Below, piece by piece: positions 1-13,200 of a stretch of DNA of 21,746 nucleotides. The DNA is from Ginkgo biloba (taxonomy: Eukaryota > Plantae > Ginkgophyta). How positions within the stretch are numbered: position 1 is the stretch's first letter; each line of letters begins with the position of its first letter. The stretch covers positions 62,851,902-62,873,647 of the forward strand of contig JANKJI020000002.1 of assembly GCA_024626585.2 (NCBI GenBank), in the 5' to 3' direction. The notes under the pieces are model-generated. The model was not told the DNA's origin. It made no database searches and saw nothing but the letters and a program-made list of their open reading frames with translations. The translations under genes were made by a program, and so were the position numbers.

Positions 1-1183
1 CAAAATTAATATTACTTACATTGCTTAATTCTACATTTGATTATTGTATGCATTATCAATAGACAAAGATCCCTTTACATTCATTTGGTACATACACCAT
101 TCAACAAACAAATATATTTGTTAGAAGATAAATACGCTTGTCAGATCATCTATAACATGGCATCTAATCCATCCTTTGGGGGGCATCATTAAAAGTGATT
201 TTATGCTTTGTAATTTGAATATTCAACCCTTAGATTAGATTCACAAGCCAATCTTAAATAATCTTTTGATGTGCATTTTGGTAGCAAATTCAAATTAATC
301 ATCAAATTTCTAACATGCTAACAATATCAACATAAAACATTTTTCACATTATATATGAAGGCTTTATTCTCATGTGGCATTTATTCATAATCAAATTTAC
401 CAAAATTTCATAGGATTTTTCTAGAACATATGCACTAAAATAGTGATATTGAAGGATAATTCAATAACATAATAAAAAACAATCCCTTAAAGAAAGCATT
501 CTTACAATTTAATATCATTATTTGAAGCAATCATTTAAGGCATTTGATACCGCATAATCATAAAACCATAAATTCAACATGAACACTAGCACTTAAAGTA
601 AAAACAAAAAGAAAGCATTCATTAGCACATAAAATAAAGTATGAACATATAGATCATTTAAAATAAAAAGATGCACTAAAAAATAAATCTCAATAGAATG
701 AAACAAATAGTAATTTAAACAAATCAAAATAATAAATTTCAAAATGTTTTTAACTATAGGCAAATAGTGATATAAGAAACAAAATCTCAAACCAAAGATA
801 TTTCTCATTTTATGTAATGACTATACATAACATGCAAATACAATATTTACAAAATTAAGTTTATTGTGTAAGTTGAAGGAAAATTGCATATAAGTTTGAA
901 AGATACATATTTGAAATGATATCATAATATAAACTAATTTAACCAAAAATAAAAATAACCATCTTTAATAGCATGCCGAATATTTTTCAAATGTATTAAA
1001 AAATGCCATAATAGAATTATTTTGACTAGAGAATGAAATCGGCTAACATAAAGCCTTACATAATAGCAAAATCAATTGTAAGAATTTAAATTTTGTTTCT
1101 ATTGTTGATGTTGATATTTTACACATTATGGCTTTATCATGGTTTTCAAAGTAGTATGAGTTGATTCAGTGCTACCTCTGCAG

Positions 1184-1251
1184 GTTTTTCTGCTATCTCC
1201 AGATGGTTCAACTCAGGATCAACTTCATGTCATAATTGATCTTCTAGAGTT
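1184..1251 (+). CDS. PA200: PA200-like exon (VFLLSPDGSTQDQLHVIIDLLE+TT)
   Basis: Acceptor ctctgcag|GTT, donor TT|gtaatg, phase 0 to 2. Aligns to the plant PA200 segment VY.LKPGSSA.EQF.KLVNLLE. Confidence 0.88.
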
Positions 1252-4200
1252 GTAATGTTTCTTGCATATTTCAATGTCTTTACTTGTAATGAACTATTTA
1301 AACTTACATAAACTAATTGAACCAAAAATTTAGATGTTACCAATTATAACAGAAAGAATTTATATTGTTTACCCTTGTTTCATTTTTTATTTTTTCCATT
1401 GTGGTAGGTACTTTCATCCTTCCAACAATGGTGAATGGACAAGCTCTCTTACAAACTTCCTATATTATCTGGTTTTCTATTTTATAAAACGGATTGCACA
1501 TGAAGAGGAGTAAGAATGACTGACCATGACTTCTTTCTAGACAATTATTGNNNNNNNNNNTATAAGTCATTTGGAAATGCACATAGCATCTTGTAGCCAT
1601 TGTAGCTTTATCAATTGTCCTTTGTTTTAATTCAAAGTGTTTCTATAGTTAAAATTCTTGTATGTAAATACCTATAGATGCAACCACAAAGATTCGAGTT
1701 CTTAAATAATGGTATATGAAAGTTTGCACCAACCTACAATCAAAACCAAAAATAACCTAGCCTCTANNNNNNNNNNNNNNNNNNNNNNNNNNNNNNNNNN
1801 NNNNNNNNNNNNNNNNNNNNNNNNNNNNNNNNNNNNNNNAACTTGTCGACCATATTAAATTTTTCTAATGTGATTAGATCTAAATCGGAAGTCTAAGCAA
1901 AGATGGAGTTGATCTGAATCATTTAAAGTTCATAGACTTGCTTGATAATTGAATTTACACCTTTCAGGAAGAGTGTCACTACTTTTGCATCTGGGATCAT
2001 ATGCCACATTCAAAGCTATAGGATACTAGAATAGAAGATGCACATCTCTAAAGTGGTTTTAACTCCAATTGTCACATGAAAAAACCTACAATTTGATTGT
2101 TTAGCTCTATTATTAGTTTAACATGCTTCATGAAAATGACTATAACTTTCTCATATGATCTCAGTTTTCAAAAAGATTTGATATTTTAGCAAACTAGATA
2201 GAATAATTATATCTAGTAAAAACTTAAATGGGTCAAAATGGTGTTTTATAGAGAGAGTTATACTGTCTACAATTAGACTTCAAAAAATTAACAATAGAAG
2301 AGGAATAGACGAAACTCTCCTTTTAAGCNNNNNNNNNNNNNNNNNNNNNNNNNNNNNNNNNNNNNNNNNNNNNNNNNNNNNNNNNNNNNNNNNNNNNNNN
2401 NNNNNNNNNNNNNNNNNNNNNNNNNNNNNNNNNNNNNNNNNNNNNNNNNNNNNNNNNNNNNNNNNNNNNNNNNNNNNNNNNNNNNNNNNNNNNNNNNNNN
2501 NNNNNNNNNNNNNNNNNNNNNNNNNNNNNNNNNNNNNNNNNNNNNNNNNNNNNNNNNNNNNNNNNNNNNNNNNNNNNNNNNNNNNNNNNNNNNNNNNNNN
2601 NNNNNNNNNNNNNNNNNNNNNNNNNNNNNNNNNNNNNNNNNNNNNNNNNNNNNNNNNNNNNNNNNNNNNNNNNNNNNNNNNNNNNNNNNNNNNNNNNNNN
2701 NNNNNNNNNNNNNNNNNNNNNNNNNNNNNNNNNNNNNNNNNNNNNNNNNNNNNNNNNNNNNNNNNNNNNNNNNNNNNNNNNNNNNNNNNNNNNNNNNNNN
2801 NNNNNNNNNNNNNNNNNNNNNNNNNNNNNNNNNNNNNNNNNNNNNNNNNNNNNNNNNNNNNNNNNNNNNNNNNNNNNNNNNNNNNNNNNNNNNNNNTGTA
2901 TAGGGTCATAGTGGTATTCAGAGTGGAAATTTGCTTAATACATTTATTTTAGTTGTAAGTATTGGTGCATGTTATTCATTGGTAGAAAGTAACAGTCAAC
3001 CAAGAGATCTTCAAATCAAGTTAATACCCTAGGCATCATAAGTGTTACAGCCCAAAAATCTAAGTAAACCTTATCTTAGAATCTATGAAAAGGGATAAGT
3101 TTAATGGTGAGACCAACACTTTTGTATTGTAGTTGTTGGTGAGTTTAGTGAAGAAAGTGGTGAGGAGAGAGAAAAATCTTAAGAGAAGGGACCTAGAGGC
3201 AACCCAACATAGGGTGCCTCCAATAGAATGTTGGCATGTCTCATTTTAGCACTATAGAAGGTTTCTTGGGGAATGAACATCTCCATCCCTTTTGTAGGAG
3301 GTTATGCCCACCTCTTTCTACATGTAGAGAGTTTATAAGACTCTTTAGCAACTATCCGGCATCATTTTGTACATCTAAATTGGGTGCCTTCATTCCTTTT
3401 CTCTATTTTTGTATTATGGATAGTTTCTAGTTATTTGGTGTAGGGATACACTCTTTTGCATGCTTTTGAAACTAATTTGCCCTAGAAAGTGATGTGGTTT
3501 TAGGGCCTTCTTCCACGCCTAAGTACTCTAATTTCTTCCTTAGATCAAAATGTCTTAATTGGAGTATTTATTCTAGACAAAGTTAATAACCTAAAGACAT
3601 ATGAGTTGTAGAAGACTGACATCATCATTTTAATAAGGCTACATTGTATTTCTAGGTTTTGTTTTGCATTAATTAGTGTTTTTTGGAAGAGAACTCTAGT
3701 CTAAGTTGGAGAAGGGAGATAGTTCTATCTAGAGAGGCTATTGGCATCTTTAATTAAAATGATTTATATGATTTTAGGTGGGACTATTACAATGATATCA
3801 AATCCTGAGGGAGAGAGATTCTAAGTATGGAATCAAAACTTTTAAAGAAGTTGGAAGCTATGGACGTAGAAATTAAAAAGATGAAGGAAGAGATACAAAA
3901 ATCTAAAAACCCTATCCTAACCTAAGAATGTAGANNNNNNNNNNNNNNNNNNNAGTAATGAAATATATTTTGCTACAAGCAAAATAAGATCCCTTATTTT
4001 GAGAATCTTGAAGAGGCGGATGAGGAATAGTTGGAAGGGTTAGATCACTGAGAACCAAAGTATAATAGATCTTGGCATGAGTAGAAATTGATTTAAACAA
4101 CAAAGCAATTGAAAAATGTTTAGAAACTAGATTGAAATGGAAAATCCATGGGGTCATCTTTTTGGTCATGTGTGAGAGCAATCAGCACATTCTTATCCTC

Positions 4201-7200
4201 CTTTGACATTTTGGCAGAGAATAAGGTAACTATGGCTACTTTGAATCCTCACATCCATCAGAGCATAACAATGACAAGACCTCAAACCATGCAAGCAACA
4301 TTGAATATGTTACAGTAGTAATGTTTATTTCATAGATTTTATTTTGTAGTGTAATGTTAATAATAAAGTGTTAATGTCAATGTTAAGTTATGCCATCCAT
4401 TTAGCATTTTATATTTTGGTCAAATAAATGTCAATATTAAATGTTAAGTATGTCAACTACCAAAAATCAGTTGCATACGGGAATTATCTTTCTAGGTTGT
4501 CTTTTATTACTTGTACATGATTGATATCAATGGAATTATCATGTACATTCAAATTTGATATCAATGGAATAAGACATTGTTTCTCTCTTCCTGCGCATTG
4601 CTTCTCTTACTTGTACATGATTGAAAAATAATCATGGTATTAGAGCAAGGTTCCAGTTTCTTGGGGATCTGATAATCTCCCCACACCATATGCCACCCAT
4701 AAATCGCCTTTTGTATATATTTGTTTTCTCACAAGTTGGTTGGTTTTCCTTTATAAACCTTTATTATCAATACAACGAATGTCTATCAGCCTTTACAAAG
4801 GCTATCAGTCTAGTAGTCTTGGTCGTTGAAACTNNNNNNNNNNNNNNNNNNNNNCTTGTAGTTGTCTTTATCGACTATCGGCCTTCCATCCAAATAAGTG
4901 CCTATTGGCTTGCACATTGCCTTTCACTATTGACAAAAGTACTTTTCTCCCAGGAACACAATTTCTAGCATACGAGGGGCAACGACCTTCACTAACAACA
5001 ACTTCTTAGTGTATTTATCATCAGTGATTTCAACAGAGAGTCTAGCCTTTGCCAATTACTTCAAACAAAAGGATTTGCCTATGCATCACCTATGGAGGTC
5101 ATGCAACTCTCTAGAGGATTGCAGTTTTGTTTTTCAAGTTTTCTCAATTTCCATATCTTTAAATCCTTACTGTAGAAGTTAAATTTTTCCTTGAAAGGAC
5201 AATTGTTTGAATTTTTTTTTTTTTCTTTGGAGAAATAAGTTTGTCTTGGAAGCCAAAGTTTTTTTTTTAAGATCATCATAAAATATTGTATATTGTAAAT
5301 TAAATGGTTTCATCCCAAATCCTAAGGTGATTTTTCTACGGAAGTTGAATTTTTCTTCAAAAATGGATTTAGCTTCAGATTCATCACTGAGAGGTGATTT
5401 TTCACATGGAAGTTGATTTTTTTTTCTCAAAAATAAGGCTTTTCATTTNNNNNNNNNNNNNNNNNNNNNNNNNNNNNNNNNNNNNNNNNNNNNNNNNNNN
5501 NNNNNNNNNNNNNNNNNNNNNNNNNNNNNNNNNNNNNNNNNNNNNNNNGGTGGAAGCCCATTCAACACTATACTAACCACCATATCATCATCCAATTCTT
5601 TTACACCTATTTTTTTTATCTCTTTCTTGATATTTTCAATTCTAGTTATATACTCGAAAATATTTCTACCTTTTTCAAGCTTTTAATTGAGAATATTCGT
5701 GTGCAATTCTACTTTCAAACTTGATTTTTTCCTCTCAAATAATGTTTCTAGTTTCCTTCAAGATTTAAATGAGTCATCGAGAGTTTCCAAATGCACGTAT
5801 ACATCTTTTGTGCAAGAACTTCAAATCAAAGCTAGAACTTTGCTATCTTTCAAGTCAAATTCCTTTTGCTCCTTTGGGTTTGTGTCTTTTGGTCTTAATT
5901 CAATTTGACCAACAACTTTTTACAATTCATTAAATATTAATGTATCTTTCATCAACCTTTTTCACTTTGTATAATTACTAGATTTCAGTTTCCTTGATTT
6001 TGATATGAAAGTTACAAGTTTTGACATTTTTTAAATTCAAAATTAAAAAATAAACCTTATATCTCCAAATACAACTCCTTATCTCTTCGAAAAACAACTT
6101 ATACCTTCTAATGGGTGAAAAAACCTTATTCAATCAATAAAAAAATGCGAAGGGTCCCCAAACAACATCCTTTGTAATAGTTCCCACCTTAAGCCTATAA
6201 CTTTGGTTAACAATTGACATTAAACTTTCCATAACATAATAAAACATAAACCATCATCATCATCATAGTGGCATATATTCATATAAATAAGCACAGTATT
6301 ATTTTCTTTCCCATTCCTACTAAATAATCATAATGACTCTCATTGTCTTGGTCATTGGCGATCCAATTGTCTCACATATATTATAGTGTCAAGTATTATT
6401 TTCTTTCCCATTCCTACTAAATGTTGGCAACCTCTACCTCTCCATTGTAGCTATCTATGAATTACCACTCATCTTTGACATTTTTAGTCCATACAAGACA
6501 CACAACATACATGATGCACTATTTGGCCAACTCAACCCACCAAACACGCTTTGCTCGCTCAGGATGATTAGTCTGCTTATTACTGACCGTTCTCCCCTTT
6601 CCTTATTGTCGACAAACTTCTACCCTCTTGACATGTTCAATCTTCAACATCTTGCATTCTTTTGGGTATGGATCCACAAACTCTCCCTCTGAGTCCTCTA
6701 ATAGATTTTATTGAATTTGGCCATCAATATTCCTCCTTTGGCTTATGCTTCAACTTCATGGTTCACCTCAGTAGGACTAGATGTGCTCTCCCTCAATGCC
6801 TATCAATCTTTGAGACTTAATTGTGCAAGAATATCTGCAACATTAGTTGCTTCATGGGTCTTACGATTTTGGTTCACAACATCTCATATGTTCTCTTCCT
6901 TTGGGACTGCATCGTCATGGATGGCATATTTTTCTTTACTTTTTGTTGATTTTTTGCTTCCCTCTATTTGACAATACATGCCAACCACCAAACAATAAAT
7001 GCAATTGCTTTGTATACTTTCTTCACGCTATCACCGATGGGTTGCTACCAATATCCCCACCAACGTGTCTAGATTAAGCACCATGATGTCATTGAAGAGG
7101 GAAAACATTTTATGATGTTGATGCAAAAATTCCAATGTCTCCTTATTACTTGTATGTCCTCTCATTGAATCCGTATTTGCTATAACAAGTCAGGTAATGC

Positions 7201-10200
7201 ATCAACAAGTTGCAGAGATTGTCAATCATTGGCCATGCACTCACNNNNNNNNNNNNNNNNNNNNNNNNNNNNNNNNNNNNNNNNNNNNNNNNNNNNNNNN
7301 NNNNNNNNNNNNNNNNNNNNNNNNNNNNNNNNNNNNNNNNNNNNNNNNNNNNNCAAGATAGATAAATCATCAGAGTACAAATGCATAAGAAATATTTATT
7401 TATACTAATGACTCAAGTACAACTACATGTTAGGCTTAAAAGACTAGAATCCATTAGGGGAAAAGGTAGATTGGGAAACTTATGCTGGAATCCACTATTG
7501 GAAATTTGGGATCACCTAAAAGGGCCTATTTGGCTGTCAACCAAACCTCTAATGAATAAAATTTAACTATCAATACGAAGAAGCTAAAGACACCTTGCAT
7601 GATTCCACCCCTTACAAGCAAATAAGAGTGCTAAGAATAGGTCTGTTTTCAACCTCTCTTTGGCACTAGGACTAACTCCCTAATGAGGTGTCCACCTATA
7701 GCTGACGGTTCCATGCATAACTAACTGCAAATAAATGTGAGCAAGAACAATGTGAAAGCAAGATCCTAGTGCATCCCATGTGATAGTTGAGAAGCTAATT
7801 AGAGACCTAAAAGTCAACTTGAATAGTTTATAATCTTGAAGGAAGCCTTGAAAGTTATCCAAATAATAGAGAATAAATATTAATTTAAGTGGGGCTTGCA
7901 ATAGCTAAGGGACACCTTTCTAGGCTATTTGGGTGGCACGTAGGTAGGTTGAAGAAAAGAGGTATAAATCACATTTATAAAGGGAATATGAGCATTAGTT
8001 TTACTCATACTCTCTAGATTGTTTTTTCAATGTGCCCTTCTCTTTTTATCTACAACATTTATATGACATGGATGCAAATCTTCAATGACTTGTAGGAATC
8101 AAATTGACTTTTATCTAGCATCGAGAATCTCTAGAGAATTTATTCTTGGCTTGGAAGTCCTACAAGAACTTATCCCCCTAAAAAGTAAAGTTTCCCTTGT
8201 ATCGAAACCATATTTGAGCATTTGTCATGACTTTGAGGGTCAATTTTTACCTACAATTTGGAACAAAAGAACATTTTTAAATTTATACTAATATAATTGA
8301 ATTTGCCCTATATTACATTATATTTTGACCTTGATGAAGTTCACCCTAGCATAATTGNNNNNNNNNNNNNNNNNNNNNNNNNNNNNNNNNNNNNNNNNNN
8401 NNNNNNNNNNNNNNNNNNNNNNNNNNNNNNNNNNCACTTAATTTCATCCTTTCACCTATTCCTAAAATTCAAACTACAATATGTGGTTTAGAAGCAACTC
8501 ATCCTAATAGAATTTGAAGTAGAAAGAAATTCACATTGCAAAGTTCAATTAGAAGAATCATTTCTCTAGAGAAAAACCTTTATAATTCAACCAGAAACCT
8601 TGATTTAGGGTTCATTGTATTGGAAACACAATGGAACTATAAATTGCATATATAAGAGGGATGGAAACTTAATTGGGAATATCCTTTATCCCTTTATGTT
8701 AATTTTTGAGGTTATTTTTCTAGGTTGACAACTTTGTGAGGTACAAATTGCTGGCTTGAATATTGAAATCTTTGATTCTTATATCATTTGTATATTGATT
8801 ATAACATATTATTAAGTACAACCATATGTTTATATAAACAAAATTTTGTCCTAGAATGAGGGAAAACTTTAAGGAGTGAATTATTTTATATAAATATATC
8901 TATTGGGTGAATATTCTTAATGTGAAAATTCTAGAATATATATGTTGAAGGCAAAAGTTTAAAATATATATAGATACTTCCTTTAAAAATTGTAAAATCT
9001 AGTGAATACTATAAAATTTTCCAACACATTTGCAAAAGATGGGAAAACGTTTTAGTAAAAATGTTATCATTAGCAAATTGATTTTTTTGAATTTTTTTCA
9101 AATATAGCAATCCAGCTCCATATAGCCCATAAAGTTTTCATTGCCTAGAATATGCTAGCAGTAAGATGGTTATCTGCATAGATTTCATAAAGCCTAGATG
9201 GCCTACATGTTGTGGATGGCCTAAATGAAATCCAGGTATGCTAAGGAAAAGAGATTGAAATGAAGGTATGAGGATTGCATTGCCTTGTTATAACTATAAT
9301 GTGGGTGATAGACTACTGTAATCACATGGGGGGGATCGATATTGAAACCACAAGAGGAGAGGGTAAAGTATTTTAATAGAAAAGGATGATGCTTGTATCT
9401 AAGGGAGTGGGATACCATAATAAATGATAAAGGAAAAAGGGCATTAAATTGTTACAAGTCCATAGTAATTAGAGAATTGATGAGTGGGTAAAAATGGCAT
9501 AGTTCCATGATAGTGTAAAATTTCAAGGCCATGATAAATTGAAAAATGATAAGGGATAGTATAAATGACAAAGTTATGTAACATACTAAAGAAGGTCACA
9601 AAGCTGTGACACTTTACAAATTGACATAGATTGGGGAAAAGTGATAAAATCCTATTACACTATGAGATGAACAACTTGGAATAGATATTTCACTTTTAAA
9701 AAAGATAGGTAGATGGAATTAAAGCATAGATGATGTGATAGAATGGAAAAATTAAACTTCAATAAGGTAAATTATTATAAAATAAACCTACCCAATGTAA
9801 AAAAATCGTGATTTTTTTTATTTATATATTTGGAGAATAAGTTTGGGTATTAATAATTAAAAATATGAAGTTGAAGCAAAACACCTAGGTTTTGGTGTTA
9901 AGAGTTTCAGAACTAGAAAAATGAAATAGTTATACATAAATTTTATNNNNNNNNNNNNNNNNNNNNNNNNNNNNNNNNNNNNNNNNNNNNNNNNNNNNNN
10001 NNNNNNNNNNNNNNNNNNNNNNNNNNNNNNNNNNNNNNNNNNNNNNTGGTGAGACTACAATAATTATTATATGATAGTCATGACAAGAAATTGACAAACA
10101 AATGTATGGAAGCTTACCAAATCAGGTTGGCAACACTTACAACTTCATATTTTTCTAGTTGTTTACAATCTACAAAATCCCAAAATAGGGCTTTTATCCA

Positions 10201-13200
10201 AGTCCCAAAAACAATTTTATAAGATTTACACTACAAGGAGAATTTCTTTAGGGACTTCTAATCTATTTTAGAAGATTTATAAATAATGGTAAATTACTCT
10301 AGTAACCTATAACTATGTCATTTTACTTTTTCTATCTTCTTTGGATAGTGAAAAGTCAAAATTCATCTTCTTAGAGTAGTGAGAACTTCTCCATAATAGG
10401 GAAACTAGAAGTACATCAAATTATTGTGTCACCTTTGTTTTAGAAGCCTTCCAAAGAAAAGGGAAAATGATTTTATGGTTACCATAGTACTACAAAATTA
10501 AAATAGAGCAAACTATAAATCTTCCAAATTGTAAGAGAAACTACAATCTTTTCTTGAGGGATAAACAAAAATAACATAGAACATGAGGTATGTTTTGGGA
10601 GTTACATNNNNNNNNNNNNNNNNNNNNNNNNNNNNNNNNNNNNNNNNNNNNNNNNNNNNNNNCAACCAAGCATTTTGACAACTAACAACCTAGTGCTAAT
10701 ACATACAAAGTTTCCATCATCCTGTCTTAAGGACATAAGACTCCTCAATTGACAACAATCTACTTGATAGTTATAAACCATTAAGATTGAGTTTCAAGAC
10801 CATTTTATGCAATTCTAGGAAATAAAATATAAGATTACTTATGATGACCCAACTTGGAACCAATAAACTAACCAACAAAGTATGGATTAGTTAGTTCTTG
10901 GCCTATTGAATTTATACTACAACACAAACTCCAAGTTCCACCAACTATAAGAGGCCTAGACATCATCAATTGCTGCCACTTCAATGAAGCTTGGAGTAGG
11001 AGTGGTCATAGATGTTAGAAATAATTGCATTCTTATGTACCTAGTCTCATTCACTTTCTGTAATCATGTGAACTATGTTAGTGATAAGAATTACTTAGAA
11101 GAGTGGGTATAGCAGTGTATAGGTGTGCATCATATCATTGTACAAAGGTATTACTTCTATCAAGTCCTCCTTTCAAAAATGTTATGGCATCATTATGGAG
11201 ATTGTACTCACTCTTCGAATCAATACATTTCCCTCATATGTGCAATGGTTGTTCCCTTGTGCATGTTTTGATTGTATGCTTGCCATGGATCACATAATTC
11301 GACCATTGATCACAATGCCATTTTAGGACTATAAGGAGTTTGTATTCAACATTATTCCATTATTTTAACATGGGAAATAACTTTGATAGAGAAACAACCA
11401 TGATTCCTAACATATGCAATTTGACTTCTTATCTTGCTTGAATGGATTTATTTCTTCCTTAGAAGGAAGAATATGGAACCTAACCCGCTTTCATAAATGA
11501 ATGAATTTAATAAGGAGTGGTTTTATAACTTCCTTGTTATATCTAATTAAGGAATGAATACTNNNNNNNNNNNNNNNNNNNNNNNNNNNNNNNNNNNNNN
11601 NNNNNNNNNNNNNNNNNNNNNNNNNNNNNNNNNNNNNNNNNNNNNNNNNNNNNNNNNNNNNNNNNNNNNNNNNNNNNNNNNNNNNNNNNNNNNNNNNNNN
11701 NNNNNNNNNNNNNNNNNNNNNNNNNNNNNNNNNNNNNNNNNNNNNNNNNNNNNNNNNNNNNNNNNNNNNNNNNNNNNNNNNNNNNNNNNNNNNNNNNNNN
11801 NNNNNNNNNNNNNNNNNNNNNNNNNNNNNNNNNNNNNNNNNNNNNNNNNNNNNNNNNNNNNNNNNNNNNNNNNNNNNNNNNNNNNNNNNNNNNNNNNNNN
11901 NNNNNNNNNNNNNNNNNNNNNNNNNNNNNNNNNNNNNNNNNNNNNNNNNNNNNNNNNNNNNNNNNNNNNNNNNNNNNNNNNNNNNNNNNNNNNNNNNNNN
12001 NNNNNNNNNNNNNNNNNNNNNNNNNNNNNNNNNNNNNNNNNNNNNNNNNNNNNNNNNNNNNNNNNNNNNNNNNNNNNNNNNNNNNNNNNNNNNNNNNNNN
12101 NNNNNNNNNNNNNNNNNNNNNNNNNNNNNNNNNNNNNNNNNNNNNNNNNNNNNNNNNNNNNNNNNNNNNNNNNNNNNNNNNNNNNNNNNNNNNNNNNNNN
12201 NNNNNNNNNNNNNNNNNNNNNNNAGATTAATTTATGGTACTTGGCGACTAATAGTTTAGTGGGTATCCTTTCAACTTGATAGTTGTATATTTCAACCCTA
12301 CTGCTAGTCCATACAAACACGCCCATAAGATATGGAAATAAATTGGGCTCCATAATCCTCCAATGGACATCCACTGCAAACCCATGCCACCCTATAGCCA
12401 AGACTGAAGATTTGGACAGACAATAGAGTAATGGTCACAAAGCATGCAAAAGGAAGGGTTTCCTAATGAATCCAGCATGCTCATTCATCATAAATAGTTA
12501 TCAATTCAGCAAAATCCCTTCTGGATTACTCCAGAGAGAGACACCCTACAATAAGCTTTCTTGTCATGCATTAAATACATGAAAACATATTCATATCCAT
12601 GCATACAGTCCAAATAAATCTGTTTTGCAGTTAGGATTTTACTAGTACTTACTGATTAGGGTGACATACTCTGTATAACCCTTGCTTTATGGAGATATCC
12701 TCAATTGGAGCTGGCTAAAATCTTTGACAACAGTTTTTAACACAACTACCCTTCCAACTGCATCCAACAACTCTTATCAAAAGACATCCTTGATGAGGGA
12801 TGCTCTGCTCTAAAGAAGCCCATGTCACTTTTTAGGGGTCTTTGGGGGTTTTGTGAACTTCCACAGGGCTGAAATTGCTTACCAAACAGTGTCATCACAT
12901 TAGGAAGTGCAACGTACTCCAAGACAAAATTGGTGCCAAAGAGACATCTCAATGTAACCAAGTGGCAATTATGAAATTTTGATTCTTCAAAAATGACCCT
13001 CCTGAAATAGAAAAATTGGGGCTTTTGGAAACTTCCATAGATTGGCTAGACCTTGTTGGGACTGTCATACTTCCTAGTTGGAAACCTTTACCATGTGTCA
13101 TTCCTTCATTGGAGTCAACCTATACTAGGATTTCCGTTCATTTCTTGAAAATTTTACCTTCTTATTTATCATGGCTAATATCGGTGGTGCCACAAGTAGA

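Noticed and set aside
1968-2034. Acceptor ctttcag| as the next PA200 exon
   Set aside because: The phase-2 frame gives KSVTTFASGIICHIQSYRILE* with no similarity and no good donor before the stop.
2912-2923. TGGTATTCAGAG as another PBS
   Set aside because: It contains an insertion relative to the consensus and the upstream context is in a gap, so it cannot be supported.
6430-7244. Possible decayed coding sequence on the minus strand
   Set aside because: Many stops in the frames I translated and no assignable motif; probably unclassified TE debris.
8724-8740. Possible 17-nt micro-exon (ttttctag|GTTGACAACTTTGTGAG|gtacaa, VDNFV)
   Set aside because: Too short to support, and it starts in phase 0 while the previous exon ends in phase 2.
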